From: an uncultured Nitrospiraceae bacterium | GTDB taxonomy: Bacteria > Nitrospirota > Nitrospiria > Nitrospirales > Nitrospiraceae | Direction: 5' to 3' | Length of the DNA: 64,000 nucleotides | Assembly: GCA_963846575.1 (NCBI GenBank) | Contig: CAWJWJ010000002.1 | Span: 1,216,001-1,280,000, forward strand | Part shown: positions 29,064 to 37,579 of the stretch, piece after piece | How positions within the stretch are numbered: position 1 is the first letter of the stretch | Layout: every line of letters begins with the position of its first letter | Translations under genes and position numbers: made by a program | Notes under the pieces: model-generated | Databases searched by the model: none | What the model saw: the letters and a program-made list of their open reading frames with translations, nothing else | Told to the model about the DNA's origin: nothing

Positions 29064-30105
29064 TCGGAAGGCGATCAGCCTCTCTCAGGAAGATCTTGTC
29101 ACGGCCACACCTCTCATGCCCGGACAGGTGGTGCCGCTGCTGATCCAACCATCGGTGAAGGGGGTCAGTCTGCTGGCCTGGGCCGGGCAGAACCGGGATC
29201 GGATCCAGGAACTGGTGCTTCGGCATGGCGCAATATTATTCCGGAACTTCAACCTCGCGGGCGTCGCTGAGTTCGAGCAATGCGTCAAGGCGGTCTCCGG
29301 CGGGGCCCTCGAATATAAGTTCCGCGCCTCGCCGCGGACGCAGGTGGGGAAGAATATTTATACGGCTACCGACTATCCGGCCGACCAGAGCATCTTCCCT
29401 CACAATGAACATGCCTTTTCCGCGATGTTTCCCCTGCAGCTGTACTTCTACTGCGCCGTGGCGGCGCCGGAGGGCGGGGAGACACCGATAGGCGACACGC
29501 GCGCGCTGCTCCGCGGACTGGATCCCCGCATCAAGGAGCGATTCCTGCGAAGGAAGATCATGTACGTACGAAATTATGGCGACGGGTTTGGGCTCCCCTG
29601 GCAAACCGTCTTCCAGACGGAGGACAGAGGGGATGTCGAAACCTACTGTCGCAATATCGGCATCGAGGTGGAGTGGAAGTCCGGGAATCGACTGCGGACC
29701 CGCCAGGTCGGCCCGGCGATCATGCGCCATCCGCGCACGCAGGAGCCGCTGTGGTTCAACCACGGCACGTTCTTCCATGTCTCGACATTGGAACCGGCAA
29801 TCCGCGAGGCGCTGCTGAAAGAATTTGCCGAGGAGGATCTTCCGCAGAATACCTATTACGGAGATGGCACTTCGATCGAGCCGGACGTGCTCGAGCATCT
29901 GCGTGCCCTCTATCAGCAGGCCATGGTCCTGTTTCCCTGGCAGCAGGGGGACGTGGTGTTTCTCGACAACATGCTGGCCCTCCATGCCCGCAGGCCTTTT
30001 GCCGGACCCCGGAAGGTCCTGGTGGCCATGGCCGAAGCCTGCCGGAGTGCCGATCTTGAAGTAAGTCTAAAGGAGGAACTGTCATGTCCGGATCCGAAAC
30101 CGTGA
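29011..30105 (+). CDS. TauD/TfdA (SyrP-like) Fe(II)/2OG dioxygenase, probable histidyl beta-hydroxylase
   Basis: IYTATDYP, IFPHNEHAF, LWFNHGTFFH, DNMLALHAR. Lies between the terminal C domain of NRPS 3 and the degenerate C domain plus His module of NRPS 4. Start is 29011 (GAGG RBS) or 28990. Confidence 0.82.
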   Translation: MTDVTRQSHDIRTFTRADRKAISLSQEDLVTATPLMPGQVVPLLIQPSVKGVSLLAWAGQNRDRIQELVLRHGAILFRNFNLAGVAEFEQCVKAVSGGALEYKFRASPRTQVGKNIYTATDYPADQSIFPHNEHAFSAMFPLQLYFYCAVAAPEGGETPIGDTRALLRGLDPRIKERFLRRKIMYVRNYGDGFGLPWQTVFQTEDRGDVETYCRNIGIEVEWKSGNRLRTRQVGPAIMRHPRTQEPLWFNHGTFFHVSTLEPAIREALLKEFAEEDLPQNTYYGDGTSIEPDVLEHLRALYQQAMVLFPWQQGDVVFLDNMLALHARRPFAGPRKVLVAMAEACRSADLEVSLKEELSCPDPKP

Positions 30106-33100
30106 AGCATACAGTCCAGGGCTATCGCCTGTCGCCCACACAGGAACGGCTATGGCTTCTGGAACGGAGCAGCCCACAGGCGCGCCTTGAGGGCCATTGC
30201 ATCGTCGCGGTCACGGGGCCCCTGGATCCGGGGGTGTTGAGAACCGCTGTCCGGCAGGTCGTTCAACGCCATGAGATTCTCCGGACGACCCTCCGGAGCA
30301 TTCCCGGCATGATGTTTCCCGTGCAGGTCATTGCCGACGAAAATGTCCTCGCCTATGAGGAGCAGGACCTGACCGCGAACCGGACGCGAGAGCGGGACGC
30401 CGTGATCGGCCCGCTCCGGCCGGCCACCTGCGACGACCGGCCGGATGCGGCGGGTACGCCGGTGGTGCGCATCATCGTCAAGAGAATCGAGGCGGCCAGG
30501 CATGAAGTGCAGATCAGCCTGCCGGCATGTTGTGCCGACGGAATCACCTTGAAGAACCTGGTGCGCGAAATCAGTTCAGCGTACCGGTCTCGTCTCCGGG
30601 CTGAAGCGGTAGAGATGGACGAGCCGCTGCAGTATGCCGATGTGGCCGAGTGGCAGCAGGCGCTACTGGAGGATGAGGCCGGGGCTGCCGGACGGGACTA
30701 TTGGCGCAAGCAGGCCGGGCCGATTGCTGCCTGGCTCGAAACCCGGCTGCCTGGCGAGCATCCGGCGGCCGAGAGGACGGTATTTACTCCACGAGAGGTC
30801 CCTGTTCCCGTCTCCCGGGAGTCGGTTGAACGCCTGGATGATCTGGCCGCACGGCAGGGCATCTCCGGTTCGAGCTGTTTGCTGGCCTGCTGGGGCATCC
30901 TGCTCCAGCGTCACATCGGACAGGCGGACGTTCTCATCGGTGTGGCGAGTGACGGCCGACCGCACGGGGAGATGCAGGACGCTTGCGGCGCCTTCGCGAA
31001 GTACCTGCCGCTCCATCACGCTTCCGAACCAGGCACGCAATTTGATGCGTATGCGCAGACTCTGCAACGACGGTGGCTCGAGCTTGACGAATGGCAGGAG
31101 TATTTCAGCTGGAAGGATGTCCAGGACCTGGTGGATCCCGCTCACGATCCCTTCTTCCCCTTCTGTTTCGACTACGGCGACCTGGCGTCGTCCTGCTCCG
31201 GCGACGAGGGTCTCTCGTTCAGGGTCGAGCAGAGCCATGCCTATATCGATCGCTTCAAAATACGTTTCCGGTGCGCGCGAAAGGGCGACGTGATCGAGGC
31301 AGCTTTGCATTATGATGCCGGGCTTTATCAGGAGCCCATGATCGCCTGCCTGGCAGGACAGTTGGCCACGTTGCTGGATCATGCCGCGCGGCACCCGGAA
31401 AAGGCCGTCGACGATCTGGAGATGGTGAGCGAGGCGGAGCGTCATCGCGTGCTCGAGATTTTCAGCCGGGAAGGCGTCGGGGCGGGCGGCGACGACCGTT
31501 GCCTGCATCACCTGTTCGAGGCGCAGGTTGAGCGGACACCGGAGCGCATCGCCCTTCTCCATGAGGGCCGGTCAGTGACCTATCGCGACCTGGATCGGCG
31601 GGCCAATCAAGTTGCGCGCTATCTGACCAGCCGGGGAGTCGGCGCGGGAACCATGGTCGGACTCTGCATGGAACGCTCGCCCGACCTGATCGTGGGGATC
31701 GTGGGTATTCTGAAGGCGGGCGGCGCCTATGTCCCGATCGATTCGGCCTATCCCAAGGAGCGCATCGTCTATCTCCTCCAGGATTCCCGGGCAGCTCTGG
31801 TTCTGACTCAGGCAAGGTTTCAGGAAGGGCTGACCGAACTCGGCGCTGTCGTCCTGAGCCTGGATGGAGAACGCGAGACCATCGAGGAACACAGCGGGAC
31901 GACTCCCTCGATTCCTTTCACTGCGGCCGGCGCGGCCTACATGATCTATACGTCCGGTTCGACGGGGAAACCGAAAGGCGTGCCGGTGAGCCACCGGAAC
32001 GCGGTGCACTCCACGCGCGCGCGGCTCGGCTATTACGACGGTGCCGTCTCCTGTTTCCTGCTGCTGTCTTCCGTGGCATTCGACAGTTCCGTCGCCGGCA
32101 TTTTTTGGACTTTGAGCGGAGGCGGCACGTTGTGTCTCCCCGGGGAGGGAGTACAAAAAGCTCCCGTCGAACTCGGCGTCCTTATCGAACGGGAACAGGT
32201 GACGCATGTGCTGTGCCTTCCCTCTCTATATTCATCGTTACTGGGGGAGGTGCCGGTACACCAACTGCGCTCGCTCCGGACGGTCATCGTGGCCGGCGAA
32301 AGCTGCCACCGCGATTTGGTGGCGCGGCACCATGCTCATCTGCCGGGGACGCAGCTCTGTAACGAATACGGCCCGACGGAAGGGACGGTCTGGAGTAGCG
32401 TGTACCAGTGCCGGCAGCCGGAAGGGAATACGACCGTGCCGATCGGCCGGCCGATTGCCGGAGTAAGCATCTATCTCCTGGATCATGGCTTGAGACCGGT
32501 TCCCATCGGGATTCCCGGCGAATTGTGTATTGCCGGAGCAGGCCTGGCCTCGGGGTACCATAACCGGCCGGCCCTGACCGCGCAGAAATTCATCCCCGAC
32601 CCCTTCGGATCGGCTGCCGGAAGCCGTCTGTACCGGACCGGTGATCTGGCACGCTACCGGCCGGATGGAAACATTGAGTTTATCGGACGCCGCGATCAGC
32701 AGGTGAAGCTCCGCGGCTATCGCATCGAACTGGGGGAGATCGAAGCACGGCTGCTCGAGCATCCGGAGATAGAGGAAGCCGTGGTGCTTCTCCGCGAGAG
32801 CCGCGCCGGGGAAACGCAGCTGGTGGCCTATCTCGTCTCCAAACAGGCGGCACTCAAGGCTCCGGTGGTGAAGGAGTATCTGAAGGCCAGCCTGCCGGAA
32901 TACATGGTTCCCCCGACGATCGTCTTCCTGGGTGCCTTGCCACTGAGCCCCAATGGCAAGGTGGATCGAAACGCGTTGCCCGCGCCGGATGCCGGGACTG
33001 CCCTGCTGGAAAGGTACGAGGCACCTCGCACGACGACGGAGGAACTCCTGGCCGGGATCTGGGGCGATGTGCTGCAGGTGCCCCGGGTGGGGGCGGGTGA

Positions 33101-36100
33101 CAATTTTTTCGACCTGGGCGGCCATTCCCTGCTTGCGACGCAAGTGATGGCGAGGGTGCGGGAGGTGTTTCAGATGGAGGCGCCTGTGCGCCTCCTCTTC
33201 GAGACGACTTCCGTGGCGGAGCTGGCCCGGGTGCTGGACTCGTTCCGCTGCCGGAGGCCGGGCCTCGACGCGCCGCCGCTCGTACCGATCAGGCGAGAGG
33301 AAGCAGCGCCGCTCTCCTTTGCGCAGCAACGCCTGTGGATCCTGGCTCAGTTGGATCCGGAGGGGACGGCCTACAATATTCCGATCGCATTGCGCGTCAC
33401 GGGCCCATTGAATCTGGCCGCCCTGGAATGGAGCTTTCATGAACTCGTCGCACGCCATGAGGTGCTGAGAACGACCTTTCAGACCACGAAGGCCGAGGCA
33501 GTCCAAGTCATCGCGGCCTCTCTCAGGGTTCCGCTACCGGTGATCGATCTGCAGCACGTCCCCGAACAGACTCGCCTCGAAGCGGCGATGCGTCTGTCTG
33601 AAGCGGAGGCGAACCGGCCGTTCGAGTTGCAATATGGTCCGCTTGTGCGGACCAGTGTCATTCGGCTGCAGCCGGAAGAACACGTCCTGCTGGTGAGCCT
33701 GCACCATATCGTGTCGGATGCCTGGTCTGCCCGGATTCTGGTCCATGAAATGAGCCTGCTTTACGAAACGTCTCTTCACGGCGGGGCATCGACGCTGCCG
33801 GAGTTGCCGATTCAGTATGCGGATTTCGCCATCTGGCAACGCAGCTGGCTGTCGGGCGATGTGCTCGAACGGGAGTTGTCGTATTGGCGGCAGCTGTTGG
33901 GAGGAGATCTGCCGCAACTGGAGTTGCCCACGGATCGACCGAGGCCTGCGGTTCACAGGACCCACGGAGCCACCCTGTCATCGCTGCTGCCCGGAGATCT
34001 ATCAGCCGCCCTGAGAGAACGTAGCCGCCGTGCCCGCGCGACGGTGTCCATGCTGTGCCTGGCGACCTTCTCGTTGTTGCTCTCGCGCTATTCAGGACAG
34101 GAAGACCTCGTTGTGGGGACGCCGGTGGGCAATCGCACTCGCCGCGAGCTGGAGCCATTGATCGGGTTTTTTGTGAATACCCTGGCCCTGCGCATCAACC
34201 TGTCCGGCAATCCGACGGTCGACGAGGTCGTGGCGCGGGTGCGGGACGTGTGCCTCGGGGCCTATGCGCACCAGGAGGTCCCCTTTGAAAAGCTGGTAGA
34301 AGTGTTACAACCAGCGCGACAGCTCGGCGCCTCCCCGATCTTCCAGGTCATGTTTGATTTTCAGCATGCTTCCGCTGAACCGCCGGAAGTGCCCGGGTTG
34401 CGGTTTGCACCCTTGGCCGCCGTCACGCACACCGCCAAATTCGATCTATCAATGACCGTCGCGGACCGGGGCGCGGAGTTTGAGGTGAGCCTCGAATACA
34501 ACACCGATTTGTTCGAACCCTCCACCATCGGACGTATGGCCGCTCACTTCCAGTCGCTCCTCGACGCGGTCGTGACCAGGCCGCAGCAGCGACTGAGCGA
34601 GCTCGCGCTGATGGGGGCGGAGGAGCGGGTGACGGTGGTGGAAACGTGGAATCAGACGGCGCGCGCCTATCCGACCGACCGGACGGTGCCGGACCTGATT
34701 GCCGCCCAGGCGGTGCGAACCCCCACGGCAGTGGCCGTCCGGGATGGCGAGAAGACGCTGACCTACGCGGCGCTGCTGGAGCGGGCGAATCAGGTGGCGC
34801 AAGCCATTCGGGCCCACGGGGTCGGGACGGAGTCCCTGGTTGGTATCGCGCTGGAGCGGTCGCTGGATTTGGTGGTGGGTCTGCTGGGGATTTGGCAAGC
34901 CGGGGCGGCCTATGTGCCGCTGGACCCGAGCTATCCGTCGGAACGGCTTGCCTACATGCTGGCCGATAGCGAAGCCGCGCTGCTCCTGACGCAGACGGGG
35001 CTGGGCGTACGGGTGTCCTTCGCCGGGCCCACCTTGTACGTGGACCGGGATTGGCCGCGCATTGCCACCTATCCGCCGGTGGCTCCCGACGGCGAACGCC
35101 CGGACGAGGCCCTGGCCTATGTCATCTATACATCGGGGTCGACGGGGTTGCCCAAGGGGGCCGGTAACACGCACGGGGCGCTGCGCAATCGTCTTCAGTG
35201 GATGCAGGAGGCCTATGGGCTGACGGCGGCCGACCGGGTGTTGCAGAAAACCCCGATCAGTTTCGACGTGTCCGTATGGGAGCTCTTCTGGCCGCTGCTC
35301 GTCGGGGCCGAGCTGGTTCTGGCCGCCCCGGGCGAACACAAGGATCCGGCGGCGCTGATTGAACGCATCGTGCGGACCGGGGTCACGACGTTGCATTTCG
35401 TGCCGCCCATGCTGCAGGCGTTTCTCGAGTCGTCCGGGGTCGAGCGCTGCCGGTCGTTGACGAGGATCATGTGCAGCGGTGAAGCCTTGCCGGCGGATCT
35501 TCCGCCGCTGGTGCATCGGCTTTGGCCAGGGGCGGGATTGCACAACCTCTACGGGCCGACCGAGGCCGCCATCGATGTGACCGCCTGGGCCTGTCCGCTC
35601 CAGGCGGGGAGCACCGTGCCCATCGGGCGTCCGATCGCTAACACGCAGATCTATGTGTGTGATGCAGAGGGAGAGCCTGTTCCCATAGGGGTACCGGGCG
35701 AGCTTTATATCGGGGGCGTGGCCGTCGGGCGGGGTTATCACCGGCGGCCCGCGCTCACGGCGGAGCGTTTTGTGCCGGACCGGTTCAGTGCGAACCCGGG
35801 CGCGAGGCTCTATCGCACCGGCGATCTGGTGCGATCCCGGCCAGATGCCGCCATCGAGTATCTTGGCCGCCTGGATCACCAGGTGAAGATTCGAGGAGTC
35901 CGGATCGAGCTGGGGGAGATCGAGCAGACGCTGCGTCAACAGCCGGGGATTCGAGAGGCCGTGGTTGTGGCGCGTGGCGACGGGCCTAAGCAACTGGTGG
36001 GGTATGTGACGACGATCCCGGAGACGGCCGTGGACTGTGCGGCGCTGCGGCAGGCATTGGGGCGGACGTTACCGGACTATCTCGTGCCGGCGGTGATCGT

Positions 36101-37280
36101 TCCGATGCCGCACCTGCCGCTGAGTCCGAACGGCAAGGTGGACCGCAAAGTCTTGCCGGCTCCGGATCTGGGGAGTGCGCTCACGAATCGTTACGTGGCC
36201 CCGCGGACTGTCCGGGAAGAAATGCTGTCGACACTATGGGCTGAGGTGCTGGGACTGTCCCGTGTGGGGATTCATGACAACTTCTTCGATCTGGGCGGGC
36301 ACTCTCTCTTGGCGGTGCGACTCGTCTCTCGATTGCAACAGTCGATCGGTCGCCCTATCTCATTGATGTCGGTCTTCCAACATCCGACCGTAGCGACATG
36401 GGCGGACTACTGCGACGGTCTCGAGGACGAACGTCCCTCGCCGTTACGATCCATACAGCCAGCTGGTTCTCGTCCCCCGTTGTACTGCATCGACCCCACC
36501 GGGACGCATGTGCTCGCGTACCGGCCCTTGGCCTATGCGCTGGGGGAGGATCAACCGGTCTACGGCATCACCCTGAGCCGGATCTTTTCAATGTCGTGGA
36601 CTGACCTTTCGATCGCGCGGATGGCGGCGGAGTTCGCGCGTGAGATCCGACATCATCAACCGACGGGGCCCTATCGATTGCTGGGATGGTCGAATGGCGG
36701 GGCCATGGCCCTGGCAATCGCTCAGGCGTTGGAATGTCAAGGAGAAGTGATCGAGTTCCTCGGGCTTCTGGATACGCAGCCCCCTCTGGAGACTCATGCC
36801 GGCGGGCATGTCGAGATCATCGATGAAATGATGGCTTACATTTCGCGCGAACGCCGCGAAACGTTTTTTTCCCTGCCCGACACAGAACGGCAGGCGCTTC
36901 GCACGCAGTTAATGCAGCTCAACGAGGAAGATCGGCTCGTCCACGCGATTCGATGGGCGCTCGCCCACGGATTATTGTCTGCCGAAGAATCACAGGCCTC
37001 GGTTGAGGCGCTCAAGATCGGGTACGCCCTGGGAAGGAGCACAATCTGCTTCCTGCAGGCATTCCAACCCGGAACCCTTCACGCCCCGCTCTCGGTTTGG
37101 TGGACCAGCGACACGCTCGGGCGGCATGGCCGGGCTCCGATCGACTGGCAGCGATACACCCGTGGGGAAGTATCCAGTTACTCCGTTACCGGTGATCACA
37201 GGGATGCGGTGCAGAGCATTCAGGTGCATCAAAAGATCGACGAGATTCTGCGCGGGCTCCGCGCGGAGGAGTGTGAATGA
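30084..37280 (+). CDS. NRPS 4 (terminal), interface-type C*-A(His)-T-C-A(Ser)-T-TE
   Basis: The first C-like domain lacks the catalytic His (LPACCADG). Codes DSALIAEVWK (His) and DVWHMSLIDK (Ser). TE motif GWSNG with late GDH. RBS AGGAGG. Confidence 0.92.
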   Translation: MSGSETVKHTVQGYRLSPTQERLWLLERSSPQARLEGHCIVAVTGPLDPGVLRTAVRQVVQRHEILRTTLRSIPGMMFPVQVIADENVLAYEEQDLTANRTRERDAVIGPLRPATCDDRPDAAGTPVVRIIVKRIEAARHEVQISLPACCADGITLKNLVREISSAYRSRLRAEAVEMDEPLQYADVAEWQQALLEDEAGAAGRDYWRKQAGPIAAWLETRLPGEHPAAERTVFTPREVPVPVSRESVERLDDLAARQGISGSSCLLACWGILLQRHIGQADVLIGVASDGRPHGEMQDACGAFAKYLPLHHASEPGTQFDAYAQTLQRRWLELDEWQEYFSWKDVQDLVDPAHDPFFPFCFDYGDLASSCSGDEGLSFRVEQSHAYIDRFKIRFRCARKGDVIEAALHYDAGLYQEPMIACLAGQLATLLDHAARHPEKAVDDLEMVSEAERHRVLEIFSREGVGAGGDDRCLHHLFEAQVERTPERIALLHEGRSVTYRDLDRRANQVARYLTSRGVGAGTMVGLCMERSPDLIVGIVGILKAGGAYVPIDSAYPKERIVYLLQDSRAALVLTQARFQEGLTELGAVVLSLDGERETIEEHSGTTPSIPFTAAGAAYMIYTSGSTGKPKGVPVSHRNAVHSTRARLGYYDGAVSCFLLLSSVAFDSSVAGIFWTLSGGGTLCLPGEGVQKAPVELGVLIEREQVTHVLCLPSLYSSLLGEVPVHQLRSLRTVIVAGESCHRDLVARHHAHLPGTQLCNEYGPTEGTVWSSVYQCRQPEGNTTVPIGRPIAGVSIYLLDHGLRPVPIGIPGELCIAGAGLASGYHNRPALTAQKFIPDPFGSAAGSRLYRTGDLARYRPDGNIEFIGRRDQQVKLRGYRIELGEIEARLLEHPEIEEAVVLLRESRAGETQLVAYLVSKQAALKAPVVKEYLKASLPEYMVPPTIVFLGALPLSPNGKVDRNALPAPDAGTALLERYEAPRTTTEELLAGIWGDVLQVPRVGAGDNFFDLGGHSLLATQVMARVREVFQMEAPVRLLFETTSVAELARVLDSFRCRRPGLDAPPLVPIRREEAAPLSFAQQRLWILAQLDPEGTAYNIPIALRVTGPLNLAALEWSFHELVARHEVLRTTFQTTKAEAVQVIAASLRVPLPVIDLQHVPEQTRLEAAMRLSEAEANRPFELQYGPLVRTSVIRLQPEEHVLLVSLHHIVSDAWSARILVHEMSLLYETSLHGGASTLPELPIQYADFAIWQRSWLSGDVLERELSYWRQLLGGDLPQLELPTDRPRPAVHRTHGATLSSLLPGDLSAALRERSRRARATVSMLCLATFSLLLSRYSGQEDLVVGTPVGNRTRRELEPLIGFFVNTLALRINLSGNPTVDEVVARVRDVCLGAYAHQEVPFEKLVEVLQPARQLGASPIFQVMFDFQHASAEPPEVPGLRFAPLAAVTHTAKFDLSMTVADRGAEFEVSLEYNTDLFEPSTIGRMAAHFQSLLDAVVTRPQQRLSELALMGAEERVTVVETWNQTARAYPTDRTVPDLIAAQAVRTPTAVAVRDGEKTLTYAALLERANQVAQAIRAHGVGTESLVGIALERSLDLVVGLLGIWQAGAAYVPLDPSYPSERLAYMLADSEAALLLTQTGLGVRVSFAGPTLYVDRDWPRIATYPPVAPDGERPDEALAYVIYTSGSTGLPKGAGNTHGALRNRLQWMQEAYGLTAADRVLQKTPISFDVSVWELFWPLLVGAELVLAAPGEHKDPAALIERIVRTGVTTLHFVPPMLQAFLESSGVERCRSLTRIMCSGEALPADLPPLVHRLWPGAGLHNLYGPTEAAIDVTAWACPLQAGSTVPIGRPIANTQIYVCDAEGEPVPIGVPGELYIGGVAVGRGYHRRPALTAERFVPDRFSANPGARLYRTGDLVRSRPDAAIEYLGRLDHQVKIRGVRIELGEIEQTLRQQPGIREAVVVARGDGPKQLVGYVTTIPETAVDCAALRQALGRTLPDYLVPAVIVPMPHLPLSPNGKVDRKVLPAPDLGSALTNRYVAPRTVREEMLSTLWAEVLGLSRVGIHDNFFDLGGHSLLAVRLVSRLQQSIGRPISLMSVFQHPTVATWADYCDGLEDERPSPLRSIQPAGSRPPLYCIDPTGTHVLAYRPLAYALGEDQPVYGITLSRIFSMSWTDLSIARMAAEFAREIRHHQPTGPYRLLGWSNGGAMALAIAQALECQGEVIEFLGLLDTQPPLETHAGGHVEIIDEMMAYISRERRETFFSLPDTERQALRTQLMQLNEEDRLVHAIRWALAHGLLSAEESQASVEALKIGYALGRSTICFLQAFQPGTLHAPLSVWWTSDTLGRHGRAPIDWQRYTRGEVSSYSVTGDHRDAVQSIQVHQKIDEILRGLRAEECE

Positions 37281-37384
37281 CGTTAAGCAAGGTTTTGTGA
37301 CGAGCCTCGTCTTTGGAGGCCTGCTCTAAGCCGGCACTCACGAGAATCCGGAACAGGGGGCTTTATGACAAGTAGCCAATTCGA

Positions 37385-37460
37385 TGGTGCGCCCGACAGG
37401 ACTTGAACCTGTAACCCCCAGATCCGTAGTCTGGTGCTCTATCCATTGAGCTACGGGCGC
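37385..37460 (-). tRNA. tRNA-Arg (anticodon ACG), CCA encoded
   Basis: Reverse complement GCGCCCGTAGCTCAATGGATAGAGCACCAGACTACGGATCTGGGGGTTACAGGTTCAAGTCCTGTCGGGCGCACCA: 76 nt cloverleaf, anticodon arm CCAGA-CTACGGA-TCTGG, T loop GTTCAAG. Confidence 0.97.
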
Positions 37461-37475
37461 GATCGGTACTGTGGA

Positions 37476-37512
37476 GAGCCCGCTCGAAGAAGGAAGTCTT
37501 CGGAGCGGGCTC
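37476..37512. other. Strong inverted repeat/hairpin in the tRNA leader
   Basis: GAGCCCGCTC-GAAGA-aggaag-TCTTC-g-GAGCGGGCTC. Confidence 0.7.
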
Positions 37513-37521
37513 CAAGAAGCA

Positions 37522-37557
37522 GCGCCCGTTATACAGGCTTGAGGGAAGAACGGTCAA
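37522..37557 (-). promoter_or_regulatory. Putative sigma70 promoter of the tRNA with GC-rich discriminator
   Basis: Minus strand TTGACC-18nt-TATAAC-GGGCGC, about 60 nt upstream of the tRNA 5' end. Confidence 0.65.
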
Positions 37558-37579
37558 GTCTCACGTGTCAGTTACGTCG

